DNA of 64,000 nt from the NCBI GenBank assembly GCA_031285625.1, contig JAITVV010000043.1, positions 32,001 through 96,000 of the forward strand. Direction: 5' to 3'. This document shows positions 20,079 to 29,151 of this stretch, piece by piece (position 1 is the first letter of the stretch; every line of letters starts with the position of its first letter). Both the position numbers and the translations under genes were made by a program. The DNA comes from Prevotella sp. (GTDB taxonomy: Bacteria; Bacteroidota; Bacteroidia; Bacteroidales; Dysgonomonadaceae). Under the pieces are notes generated by a model. That model saw only the letters and a list, made by a program, of their open reading frames with translations, did not search any database and had not been told where the DNA came from.

Positions 20079-21209
20079 CTATAATTCTCTCATATAACCT
20101 ACAATTGTCTTCATCGCAGTACCCCAGTTTAACCGCGTCTCAAAATCGTTATATGCAGATAAGGCAAGTTCATTGTAGTATTCCTTATTATTAAATATCT
20201 TATAAATCTGTTCTGCATAATCCTTTGGCGCCACATCCGGACTAAGGATTATTCCGTTTGTATCGTTCACAATAGATGGAATTCCCCCTGTAGCGGCAGA
20301 TATACAGGGAACACCGTATGACATAGCTTCTGAAAATACAATCGGAGTACAATCTGCCCGCGATGGAATAAACAGGAAATGGCTTTGTAAGATCAAGTCC
20401 TCCACTTTTTTCATTCCTTCGGGAGTAGCCTTACTTATCCGTCCATGATTAATGATATATGGAGGAAGGTTTTCCACTACCAGATCGTCTATGCCAACTA
20501 TATGCAGTTCCACCGGCTGATGCAACTCTTCATTTAAAAATTTAACAGCCTCAATGGTTATATCACCACCTTTGCGAAACCACTCTACGCCAAGAAAAAG
20601 TATTTTACATACATTCGGGTCTCTCCTTTTTACTGCATCTTTTATTTCATCTAAAGATAATTGCCTGGTAGAAATATTTGCTCCGAAAGGTACAATCTTT
20701 ACTTTGGCAGGATCAGTGTTATAATCTTTAATAGCACTATCTGCAGCCCACTGTGAACTATAAATAGCCAGACTCGAAGTATCTAATGATAATTGCTCCA
20801 TCTGCGTCCCCTCTTTGATATATAGTTCACTAAGGTTTGTAAAATAGTTATAATAATTAATCATAGAGGCAAACGTGGCATCCGTATAGATTACTTTATG
20901 CTTACTGGTTTTCAGGTAAGACATCAGAGTAGAACTATGTGAAAACAGGATATCAGTTGCAGGATTTAATCGTGCCGATATTTGCTTAGCATAATTTTTC
21001 CCAAATTCAGGCGAACGATCAGCCCTGTATATCTTATTTCTTCCATATAACCTATTCTTTACTTTAAGAGAGAATGTCCAGTCCTCATGCAGATCTGTGA
21101 TATAATCTACGTGGGCATATTTTGCAAGGCTGGTCGCTTGAAAATGAACAGTACCTGACCAATGCTTTATATCAATCGATGGAAAATTAGTTACATAAGT
21201 TACATTCAT
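20079..21209 (-). CDS. Glycosyltransferase family 4
   Basis: ILFLGVEWFRKGGD, PSRADCTPIVFSEAMSYGVP...GGIPSIV GT-B signature. Confidence 0.88.
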   Translation of the reverse strand: MNVTYVTNFPSIDIKHWSGTVHFQATSLAKYAHVDYITDLHEDWTFSLKVKNRLYGRNKIYRADRSPEFGKNYAKQISARLNPATDILFSHSSTLMSYLKTSKHKVIYTDATFASMINYYNYFTNLSELYIKEGTQMEQLSLDTSSLAIYSSQWAADSAIKDYNTDPAKVKIVPFGANISTRQLSLDEIKDAVKRRDPNVCKILFLGVEWFRKGGDITIEAVKFLNEELHQPVELHIVGIDDLVVENLPPYIINHGRISKATPEGMKKVEDLILQSHFLFIPSRADCTPIVFSEAMSYGVPCISAATGGIPSIVNDTNGIILSPDVAPKDYAEQIYKIFNNKEYYNELALSAYNDFETRLNWGTAMKTIVGYMREL

Positions 21210-21248
21210 TGTCTATTCTTTTTTAAGTAAAGATAAGGTTTATTTTTA

Positions 21249-21320
21249 TGTCATTCTGAACGAAGTAAAGAATCTCATGGTTAATAAGACACGAGATGCT
21301 TCGTTCCTCAACATGACAAA
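21249..21320. repeat. TGTCAT...ATGACA palindromic REP-like element, copy 2
   Basis: TGTCATTCTGAACGAAGTAAAGAATCTC...GAGATGCTTCGTTCCTCAACATGACA, imperfect hairpin. Confidence 0.8.
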
Positions 21321-21340
21321 AAAACATACACAATACTACT

Positions 21341-22309
21341 CTAAAAAGCTGATGCCTTCAATTTTAACCCTACAGTCTCTTCCAGACCAAAGATCAGGTT
21401 CATATTATGAACAGCCTGACCGGAAGCACCTTTCACTAAGTTATCTATACATGAGAGAATGAGAAACTTATTACCATGCTTTTCGAGATGCAAAACACAC
21501 TTATTAGTATTTACTACCTGCTTCAGATCAATATTCTTATCTGAAACAATAACAAATGGACTATCTTTATAAAAGTCTTTATATATTCTTTCAGCATCTT
21601 CTATCGTCCCATCATAGTTAAGATACGTAGAAACAAAAATACCTCTGGTAAAATTTCCGCGTACAGGTATAAAATTAATTTCGGATGCGAAATTTGCCTG
21701 TAATTGGGTCAATGACTCACCTATCTCTTGCAGATGCTGATGTTCGAAAGCTTTATATACCGATATATTATTTTCACGCCAACTAAAATGAGATGTTGCG
21801 GAAGGCTTCACTCCTGCCCCTGTAGATCCGGTAATAGCATTTACATGAATTTCTGTATTCAGCAATCCTGCATTGGCCAATGGTAATAGGCCTAACTGTA
21901 TAGCTGTAGCAAAACAACCCGGATTAGCAATATAAGAAGTATTTTTTATTTTCTCTTTGTTTAGTTCAGGCAGTCCATATACAAATTTATTACCCTCTGC
22001 TTTGTGGCGATAATCTGTAGACAGGTCAATTATTTTCAAGTGACCAGGTATCTGGTTTGCTTCCAGAAACTTTTTAGTATCTCCATGAGCCGTACAAAAG
22101 AACAGAACATCAATCTTCTCGTAAGGTAACTGATCTGTAAAAGACATATCTGTCTCGCCCAAAAGTCCTCCATGAACGTCTGTTAACTTATTTCCCGCAT
22201 TACTGGTACTGTTTACAAATACCAGTTCCACTTGTGGATGGTTGAGTAAGATTCTTATCAGTTCTCCCGCCGTGTAGCCTGCGCCACCTATTATTCCTGC
22301 TTTTATCAT
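21341..22309 (-). CDS. argC: N-acetyl-gamma-glutamyl-phosphate reductase
   Basis: GGAGYTAGEL, DLSTDYR, IANPGCFATA, DNLVKGASGQA. Confidence 0.95.
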   Translation of the reverse strand: MIKAGIIGGAGYTAGELIRILLNHPQVELVFVNSTSNAGNKLTDVHGGLLGETDMSFTDQLPYEKIDVLFFCTAHGDTKKFLEANQIPGHLKIIDLSTDYRHKAEGNKFVYGLPELNKEKIKNTSYIANPGCFATAIQLGLLPLANAGLLNTEIHVNAITGSTGAGVKPSATSHFSWRENNISVYKAFEHQHLQEIGESLTQLQANFASEINFIPVRGNFTRGIFVSTYLNYDGTIEDAERIYKDFYKDSPFVIVSDKNIDLKQVVNTNKCVLHLEKHGNKFLILSCIDNLVKGASGQAVHNMNLIFGLEETVGLKLKASAF

Positions 22310-22325
22310 TACAATATATTTATTG

Positions 22326-22764
22326 AAACACAGAGTAAGAAGAGTAGAAAAGAGTTTATATTGAATATCTTTTTATTCCGTCTCTCAATGATTTCACATT
22401 AAAATTAATCAAATATCCGATTTTACATCTGGAAAGTTTTAGATATGTAAATAATTGCGCTATATGAAGCGGATGTAGTTCTGCTACTGCTTTCAATTCA
22501 AGAATAACCTTGTTCTCTACTAATAAATCTACCCTGTATCCAGCTTCGATTTCGATACCTTTGTATTCAATAGGCATTTCTTCTTGGCGTGTCACGCGTA
22601 AACCACTTTCTGCTATTTCATAGAAAAGACATTCTTCATATACTCTCTCAAGTAATCCCGGTCCAAGAGCAGAATGTACATCATATGCGCATCTTAATAT
22701 TTCTCCTGTTAATTTTTGCTCTTCAAACATAAAAACTCTTTTCTACTCTTTTTACTCTGTGTTT
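22326..22764. repeat. 32-bp inverted repeat enclosing the GxxExxY gene
   Basis: 22326-22357 AAACACAGAGTAAGAAGAGTAGAAAAGAGTTT vs reverse complement of 22733-22764: 31/32 identical. Confidence 0.9.
22356..22730 (-). CDS. GxxExxY protein (PD-(D/E)xK nuclease-like)
   Basis: VHSALGPGLLERVYEECL, YRVDLLVE, ILELKAV, QLFTYL, LINF. Confidence 0.92.
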   Translation of the reverse strand: MFEEQKLTGEILRCAYDVHSALGPGLLERVYEECLFYEIAESGLRVTRQEEMPIEYKGIEIEAGYRVDLLVENKVILELKAVAELHPLHIAQLFTYLKLSRCKIGYLINFNVKSLRDGIKRYSI

Positions 22765-22774
22765 AATACAATTA

Positions 22775-23974
22775 TTACTTTCCGTTTTTCTTCTGTACAC
22801 TATGATATATCTTATTAGTCATAGCATATATCTTGGTAAACCCTTTTGCATCATCCGATGTCCATGCTTTGTTCATTTCACCATATTCACCAAAATCGGC
22901 TTTCATCAGGTCAAATTCACTTTCTATGCCCACAAGTGTATAATGATATGGTTTCAGTTCAACAATAACCTTTCCTGTTACATTTCGTTGCGAACTGTCA
23001 AGCATAGCTTCGATATCACGCATTACAGGCTCAAGATACTGAGCTTCATGCAAAAACATGCCATACCAGTTACCCACCTGATCTTTCCAGTATTGCTGCC
23101 ATTTAGTAAGCGTATGTTTTTCCAGCATCTTATGCGCGTTAATAATTACAAGCGGAGCAGCTGCTTCAAAACCTACACGACCTTTTATTCCTATAATAGT
23201 ATCACCTATATGCATATCACGACCTATAGCATAAGCCGATGCTATTTCTTCTATTTTTTGTATAGCTTTTACTTTATCTGTATATTTTTCGCCATTTACC
23301 GCTGAGATTTCTCCTTCCTTAAAATCAATAGTCAACGTTTCTGAGCCTTGTTTCTTCAGTTGGGAAGGGTATGCATCCTCGGGTAAGGTCTGATCCGACT
23401 TCAATGTTTCTTTTCCGCCGATACTTGTTCCCCAAAGACCTTTATTAATAGAATACTCCATCTTTGTGAAATCGGCTTCATAGCCATGTTCTTTCAGGTA
23501 ATTGATTTCGTATTCACGGGTAAGTAGCATATCACGTGTAGGGGTGATAATCTCAATACCGGGAGCAAGCACATCGAAAGTAAGGTCGAAACGCACCTGA
23601 TCGTTGCCAGCACCTGTACTGCCATGAGCTACCGCATCAGCACCAATTTCCTTTGCATAATTAATAATAGCGATTGCCTGAAAAATACGTTCGGAGCTTA
23701 CAGATATAGGGTATGTACCATTACGCAATACATTACCAAAGATCATGTATTTTATACTCTTCTCATAATATTCTTGCGTAATATCAAGACTAACATGCTT
23801 TACTGCACCTAATTTATAAGCCTTTTCTTCAACAACTTTCAGTTCTTCGGGCGAAAAGCCTCCGGTGTTAGCTATTGCCGTGTAAACCTCATAACCAAGA
23901 TCAGCTGATAAATATTTGGCACAAAAAGATGTATCTAATCCTCCACTGAATGCTAAAACGACTTTCTTTTTCAT
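22775..23974 (-). CDS. argG: Argininosuccinate synthase
   Basis: VVLAFSGGLDTS, AHGSTGAGNDQVRF, GIKGRVGFEA. Confidence 0.95.
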   Translation of the reverse strand: MKKKVVLAFSGGLDTSFCAKYLSADLGYEVYTAIANTGGFSPEELKVVEEKAYKLGAVKHVSLDITQEYYEKSIKYMIFGNVLRNGTYPISVSSERIFQAIAIINYAKEIGADAVAHGSTGAGNDQVRFDLTFDVLAPGIEIITPTRDMLLTREYEINYLKEHGYEADFTKMEYSINKGLWGTSIGGKETLKSDQTLPEDAYPSQLKKQGSETLTIDFKEGEISAVNGEKYTDKVKAIQKIEEIASAYAIGRDMHIGDTIIGIKGRVGFEAAAPLVIINAHKMLEKHTLTKWQQYWKDQVGNWYGMFLHEAQYLEPVMRDIEAMLDSSQRNVTGKVIVELKPYHYTLVGIESEFDLMKADFGEYGEMNKAWTSDDAKGFTKIYAMTNKIYHSVQKKNGK

Positions 23975-24069
23975 TTCTTCAATTGCTTTTGGGTCTCAGA
24001 CCCTTTTATTTTCTATATTGATATTCTAAAGTAACTGTTAGGAATTTTATAATAACTTATATTCTGCAT

Positions 24070-24702
24070 TTAAAGCTTACCTTTTTCAATCTTCTTTATT
24101 ATTGCTTTTACTTCTTTCTTATCCTTTTGTTTTTCAGGATCGAAAAGCATGGCCGTGCATATACAGTATTTTCTCTCGGTACGGGTAAGCACATCATAAT
24201 TCACACACCCCTGACAACCTCGCCAAAATGCCTCATCATCAGTCAACTGTGCAAATGACACCGGTACATAACCAAGTTCTGTATTTATTTTCATTACAGC
24301 AGCTCCCGATGTTAACCCAAATACTTTTGCTTCAGGAAACATGGCTCTGGCCAGAGAAAAAGCATGTTGCTTGATCTTTTTAGCCAAACCGTGTTGTCTA
24401 AATTTCTCAACTACAATAAGTCCTGAGTTTGCAACATATTGCTTGTTACCCCAGGATTCGATATAGCAAAAACCGGCAAATTCATCTCCCATAAGAGCGA
24501 TAATAGCTTTTCCTTCCTTAATCTTGAGTTCAAGATATTCGGGCGAACGTTTTGCAATACCTGTACCGCGAACTTTTGCCGCAGCTTCTATTGTATCCAA
24601 TATGGTCTGCACATAGCTAAGATGCTGCTCTCCTGCTATCTGTATAGTGAGTTGTTGTTGCTCCATGGGTTTTTCTACCACTAGTTCTTCTACGTTGTTC
24701 AT
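24070..24702 (-). CDS. GNAT-type N-acylglutamate synthase candidate (Bacteroidetes ArgA-like)
   Basis: RGTGIAKRSPEY, FCYIESW, ANSGLIV, FWRGCQGC; lies between argR and argG. Confidence 0.75.
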   Translation of the reverse strand: MNNVEELVVEKPMEQQQLTIQIAGEQHLSYVQTILDTIEAAAKVRGTGIAKRSPEYLELKIKEGKAIIALMGDEFAGFCYIESWGNKQYVANSGLIVVEKFRQHGLAKKIKQHAFSLARAMFPEAKVFGLTSGAAVMKINTELGYVPVSFAQLTDDEAFWRGCQGCVNYDVLTRTERKYCICTAMLFDPEKQKDKKEVKAIIKKIEKGKL

Positions 24703-24712
24703 TGTTATTGTT

Positions 24713-25168
24713 CTATTGAATATTGGGTATAAATGCAGATAATGAGTCAATAACTTCCTCTCTGCTTATATTTTCTCTTGGTATCAGCAAGATGGTATCA
24801 TCACCTGCTACTGTACCTAATATATATCCGGATGCCTTATTATCTATTTCACCTGCTATTGCCATTGCATAACCGGGACGAGTCTTCATTACGGCTAATT
24901 GGCCTGAAAACTCAATACTGACAAAACCGAAAGAAGATAAAGGATTTTCATCCTGAATAGTAGCTATATTTTCGGAGAACTGATAGATGTAACTTCCCTG
25001 TGATGTCGGCACTTTTACTATTTTCAGTTCCTTTATGTCACGCGACAGTGTAGCCTGAGTAAGCTCAAAGCCTCTTTCTATCAACATCTTAAGAAGCATA
25101 TCCTGACTATTTATTTCACTCGTCTGAAGCACTTCCTTTATTATTTTATGTCTGAATTTTTTAGTCAT
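24713..25168 (-). CDS. argR: Arginine repressor
   Basis: TQATLSRDIKEL HTH, KTRPGYA, GTVAGDDT; ATG 25168. Confidence 0.95.
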   Translation of the reverse strand: MTKKFRHKIIKEVLQTSEINSQDMLLKMLIERGFELTQATLSRDIKELKIVKVPTSQGSYIYQFSENIATIQDENPLSSFGFVSIEFSGQLAVMKTRPGYAMAIAGEIDNKASGYILGTVAGDDTILLIPRENISREEVIDSLSAFIPNIQ

Positions 25169-25169
25169 A

Positions 25170-25208
25170 CACGTATAAATATGCAAAAACAATGCAAAAA
25201 TATACATT
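25170..25208 (-). promoter_or_regulatory. Tandem ARG boxes overlapping the argR operon promoter
   Basis: Cores TGTATATTTTTGCA (25206-25193) and TGCATATTTATACG (25185-25172), equivalent to 18-bp boxes 3 bp apart; TATTTTTG -7 motif at 25195-25202. Confidence 0.7.
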
Positions 25209-25246
25209 ATATTGCATATTTAAAAGTTTAGATATATAAAAATTAC

Positions 25247-25290
25247 AAAATAAAGGAGGAGACAACTCCCTTTATTGTCTCCTCCTTTAT
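25247..25290 (-). terminator. Rho-independent terminator after GH3
   Basis: Perfect 16-bp IR ATAAAGGAGGAGACAA/TTGTCTCCTCCTTTAT. Confidence 0.8.
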
Positions 25291-25311
25291 GTACAGTTGA
25301 TTATTTGATAT

Positions 25312-27648
25312 CTATAAAGATAATTTTTCCTGTAATTTTATATTATCAGAAGAACTTCCCACCATAATTGTAAAGTCACCATTTGGCTCTACAATTTCAT
25401 TCATCTTTTTGTCTATAATAGAAAAGACAGTTTTATCCAGAATAAATCCAATCGTTTTTGTCTCTCCTTTTTTCAGGGTTACCCGCTCAAAAGATTTTAA
25501 TTGCATAATAGGTTGCACCGTGGAAGCCCTATTATTTCTGATATAAAGCTGAACCACCTCATCACCTTCAAAATCTCCTGTATTCTGAATCGTTACCGAA
25601 ACTTCAATTTTGTCATCTCCACGCCCCATAACTAAATCTTTATATTCAAAAGTTGTATAACTAAGTCCATAGCCAAAACTATATAATGGCTTACTTGACA
25701 TTTCCACATAGTCATGACTTGCCGGATTTCGTCTATTATAGTATACAGGTAACTGACCTACCGATTTAGCAACAGATATCGGCAAGCGACCTGCAGGATT
25801 ATATTCTCCAAATACTATATCGGCAATAGCATTACCACCTTCTTGTCCGGGGTACCACGCAGACAACAACGCATCGGCGTTTTCCGAGGCCCAGTTCATA
25901 TTTAGTGGACGACCTTGTATATATACAACTATAATTGGCGTTCCTGTAGCTTTCACAGCTTTTAATAACTCGAGTTGTTTACCCATAAGATCCAAAGAAG
26001 CCCGGTCAAAACCTTCTCCACTTTCCATATCACTAACACTATTTTCATCGGCCACAGCTGCACCGGTTTCAATATACTTTGTTTTAAAGTCGCGGGCACT
26101 TGAACCACCAACAACAATTATCGCAACATCAGCCTGTTTGGCTACCGTTACAGCTCTATCTATCTCAAGGTTCGTCGTGTCCCTGATCGCACAACCTTTT
26201 ACATATTCAACCTGTGACGAATTCAGCTTTGACCGTATACCATCCAACACCGTTTTAATGTTACTTTCATCTTGCGGTGCAGTATAATCGCCTAATTGGT
26301 TATAAATATTATCAGCATTAGGCCCAATCACTGCTATTTTTTTTATTTTACTTTTATCAAGAGGTAAAGTATTCTTTTTATTTTCGAGCAGTACAACCGA
26401 TTCTCTGGCTACTTGTCTTGCCAAAGTAATATTTTCAGCTGTCCTTACCTGAAGTTTAGCTCTACTTTCATCCACATATGGATTTTCAAATAATCCCATA
26501 TCAAACTTAAGTTTCAAAATCTTATAAACGGCAGAATCGATTAGTTCCTCTTTTACCAAACCTTTTTTCACAGCATCAGATAAATTAAAGAATGCATTCC
26601 CCCCAAGATCACAATCCAGTCCGGAAGAAAGTGCCAATATAGCAGCATCATGTATAGTAGAGACAACATGATGGCTACCTTTTAATCCCTCAACACTCCC
26701 CAGATCGGAAACAGTAAAACCTTTGAAACCCCATTCTTTACAAAGAACATCTTTCAACAGATAATCATTCGATGTACATGGTATTCCATCTACAGAATTA
26801 TAAGCAGTCATAACAGAAAGTGCCCCGGCTTGCACAGCCTTTTTGAAAGGTGGTAAGTAATTTTCTTTCAGATCACGCAACCCAACACTATTGCTATTTC
26901 CATTGTGTCCACCCTCGGGCACACCATAGGCAACGAAATGTTTCAATGTTGAAATCAGGCTATAAGGTTTCGACAAATCTCCATTACCAAAACCCGAAAC
27001 AAAAGCCTCTCCCATTCGTGATATTAGTATTGGATCTTCGCCATATGTTTCTTCCACTCTCGACCATCTTGGTTCCCTGGCAAGATCAAGCACCGGACCA
27101 TATCCGATATGAGAGCCCTGCAAACGCGCCTCTTGAGATATGGTAGAAGCCATCCGCCGGATAAGTTCGGGATTCCATGTTGCGGCTTGCCCTATTGCGG
27201 TAGGGAAAACGGTTGTGCCTATTGCCATATGTCCATGCGGGCATTCTTCGGCAATAAACACTGGGATACCCAAACGGGTATTTTCAATTATATACCGTTG
27301 TAAGGCATTTCCTGCTTTTGCGGCCAATTGGGGATTCAGTCCGTTTTCCAGTGTCTTTTTAGTCCATGGATCAGCCCTGAATGTAGCCCATAACATACCT
27401 ATATGCCTTTGTTGAACATATTCTTCGAATTTCTTCGAGTGCGTAACTTTATCCCCGCTTTTTTCATACATTTCCCATCCCAGAGGGCATAGCAACTGAC
27501 CAACCTTTTCCTCTAATGTCATATAGCTTATGAGATCGAGTGTTCTCTCACTGCTACTCAGATTCCGGTTTTTATATCTATACTCTTGTTGGGCATTAAC
27601 TGCCTGAAATAACAATAATGCAAGAATGCTTAGTGTAATATGTTTCAT
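25312..27648 (-). CDS. GH3 beta-glucosidase/xylosidase with Fn3-like C-terminus
   Basis: EECPHG, PRWSRVEETYGEDP, LKHF, SVMTAYN, TVSDLG, EVVQLY; signal peptide. Confidence 0.92.
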   Translation of the reverse strand: MKHITLSILALLLFQAVNAQQEYRYKNRNLSSSERTLDLISYMTLEEKVGQLLCPLGWEMYEKSGDKVTHSKKFEEYVQQRHIGMLWATFRADPWTKKTLENGLNPQLAAKAGNALQRYIIENTRLGIPVFIAEECPHGHMAIGTTVFPTAIGQAATWNPELIRRMASTISQEARLQGSHIGYGPVLDLAREPRWSRVEETYGEDPILISRMGEAFVSGFGNGDLSKPYSLISTLKHFVAYGVPEGGHNGNSNSVGLRDLKENYLPPFKKAVQAGALSVMTAYNSVDGIPCTSNDYLLKDVLCKEWGFKGFTVSDLGSVEGLKGSHHVVSTIHDAAILALSSGLDCDLGGNAFFNLSDAVKKGLVKEELIDSAVYKILKLKFDMGLFENPYVDESRAKLQVRTAENITLARQVARESVVLLENKKNTLPLDKSKIKKIAVIGPNADNIYNQLGDYTAPQDESNIKTVLDGIRSKLNSSQVEYVKGCAIRDTTNLEIDRAVTVAKQADVAIIVVGGSSARDFKTKYIETGAAVADENSVSDMESGEGFDRASLDLMGKQLELLKAVKATGTPIIVVYIQGRPLNMNWASENADALLSAWYPGQEGGNAIADIVFGEYNPAGRLPISVAKSVGQLPVYYNRRNPASHDYVEMSSKPLYSFGYGLSYTTFEYKDLVMGRGDDKIEVSVTIQNTGDFEGDEVVQLYIRNNRASTVQPIMQLKSFERVTLKKGETKTIGFILDKTVFSIIDKKMNEIVEPNGDFTIMVGSSSDNIKLQEKLSL

Positions 27649-27650
27649 TT

Positions 27651-28382
27651 TTATAGTATATATTTAATTTCTTTGAAGGCGAAGCGCTTTATTTTATTTT
27701 CTTTTGTTCTTAAAACAAGTAATCCTGAAGGTTCTATATCATCTATTTGGGCAAGAAACTGTGATTTACCATCATTATACAAATGATATCCTTCTTTTCT
27801 GAAAAGAGATTCCTTGTATCTATTTACAATGAATTGGACATTACCATCTTTTATTAGTTGGTAATAGTTACGAATATTATAAATGACTTCTCTGAGAATA
27901 TTTTCAATATTATATTCTTCCCTCGTGATTTGTTTTAATGAAACCGGATTTGGAGCATTACTCCAAAATTTCTCCTGATTGATATTAATACCTATTCCTG
28001 CTACCGACTGGCCAATCCTATCTTCTATTATAGTATTTTCCAACAAGATTCCACAAATCTTTTTCTCCTGCCAATAGATATCATTAGGCCATTTTATTGA
28101 GATATTTTCTGCATAATTTTTCAGACAATCAGCAACAGCAAGTGAAACAATCTGTGAAAGAATGAATTGTTTCTCAGCACTAATAGTATCTGGATAGAAT
28201 ACTATACTGAAAAGAAGATTTTTTTGGTTTTCAGATTCCCATCCATTTCCCCGTTGTCCTTTTCCTGCCAATTGGAAATCGGACCAAACTACAGTACCTT
28301 CTTCAACATTTTGTTTTATCAGAAGTTCCTTCAGATAATTATTCGTTGAATCAGTTTCTTTTATATGGATTATTGCTGACAC
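27651..28382 (-). CDS. birA: Biotin--[acetyl-CoA-carboxylase] ligase
   Basis: DSTN, QLAGKGQRGNGW, IKWPNDI, KICGIL, GIGININ. Confidence 0.93.
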   Translation of the reverse strand: MSAIIHIKETDSTNNYLKELLIKQNVEEGTVVWSDFQLAGKGQRGNGWESENQKNLLFSIVFYPDTISAEKQFILSQIVSLAVADCLKNYAENISIKWPNDIYWQEKKICGILLENTIIEDRIGQSVAGIGININQEKFWSNAPNPVSLKQITREEYNIENILREVIYNIRNYYQLIKDGNVQFIVNRYKESLFRKEGYHLYNDGKSQFLAQIDDIEPSGLLVLRTKENKIKRFAFKEIKYIL

Positions 28383-28385
28383 CTG

Positions 28386-28757
28386 TTAGCTGTTTGGCAG
28401 ATTTTTATATTCAGTTTGTTTTACCTTTGGCAACTTCTTTATAACCTCATCTACCGAGTGCTGAATGAGTTCTTTAATAAGATTATCAGGGACATCGCTC
28501 TCCAACACAATGGTATTCCAATATTTCTTATTGGAATGATATCCAGGCAACACACCAGTGTACAGTTCGCGCAATTCGATTGCTTTTTCGGGATCACATT
28601 TCATATTTAGCCAGAACTCTCCATCTTTGGATTCCAGTCCCATATATGCAAACATTTTATCCATCACTTTATAAACCAATGTATCATCTCCGAATGGAAA
28701 TGACTCTGTTGCTCCTTTTATGGAGATGCAAGCTTCACGTGCTTCTTCTATATTCAT
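28386..28757 (-). CDS. MmcQ/YjbR family DNA-binding protein
   Basis: FPFG...VYKVMDKMFA, NMKCDPE, PGYHSNKKYWNT. Confidence 0.9.
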   Translation of the reverse strand: MNIEEAREACISIKGATESFPFGDDTLVYKVMDKMFAYMGLESKDGEFWLNMKCDPEKAIELRELYTGVLPGYHSNKKYWNTIVLESDVPDNLIKELIQHSVDEVIKKLPKVKQTEYKNLPNS

Positions 28758-28774
28758 AATATTCCGGGTTATTT

Positions 28775-29140
28775 CTAATTTACAGGCGCTAAAAATGCAT
28801 CATCAATATGATCTATCTCAAAGCCTTTTCCATTCCAGATTGCTGCAACAACATCAAAACGGGCAGGCAACTCAATATCATACTCTTTTAAATAAAAATC
28901 TGCAGTCTCTACTATTCGTCTGATTTTTCCTTTTGATACCGCTTCTTCCGGATTTCCCCAATAATTGGAACTTCTTGTTTTTACTTCTGCAAAAACAATA
29001 AATTCTTCATTGCGGGCAATAATATCTATTTCGTATTTCTCATTAGTCCAGTTCCTCTGAATAATCTCATAACCATTCTGCTGAAAATAATTTACAGCTG
29101 CATCTTCTCCTTTTCTACCTAAATCATTATGTTCAGCCAT
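28775..29140 (-). CDS. yraN: YraN (UPF0102) family protein
   Basis: GRKGEDAA, EIDII, FAEVKTR, RFDVV. Confidence 0.9.
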   Translation of the reverse strand: MAEHNDLGRKGEDAAVNYFQQNGYEIIQRNWTNEKYEIDIIARNEEFIVFAEVKTRSSNYWGNPEEAVSKGKIRRIVETADFYLKEYDIELPARFDVVAAIWNGKGFEIDHIDDAFLAPVN

Positions 29141-29151
29141 AAATACAGGAC

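Noticed and set aside
21277-21462. 61-aa plus-strand ORF
   Set aside because: Starts inside a palindromic repeat and runs antisense to argC; likely spurious
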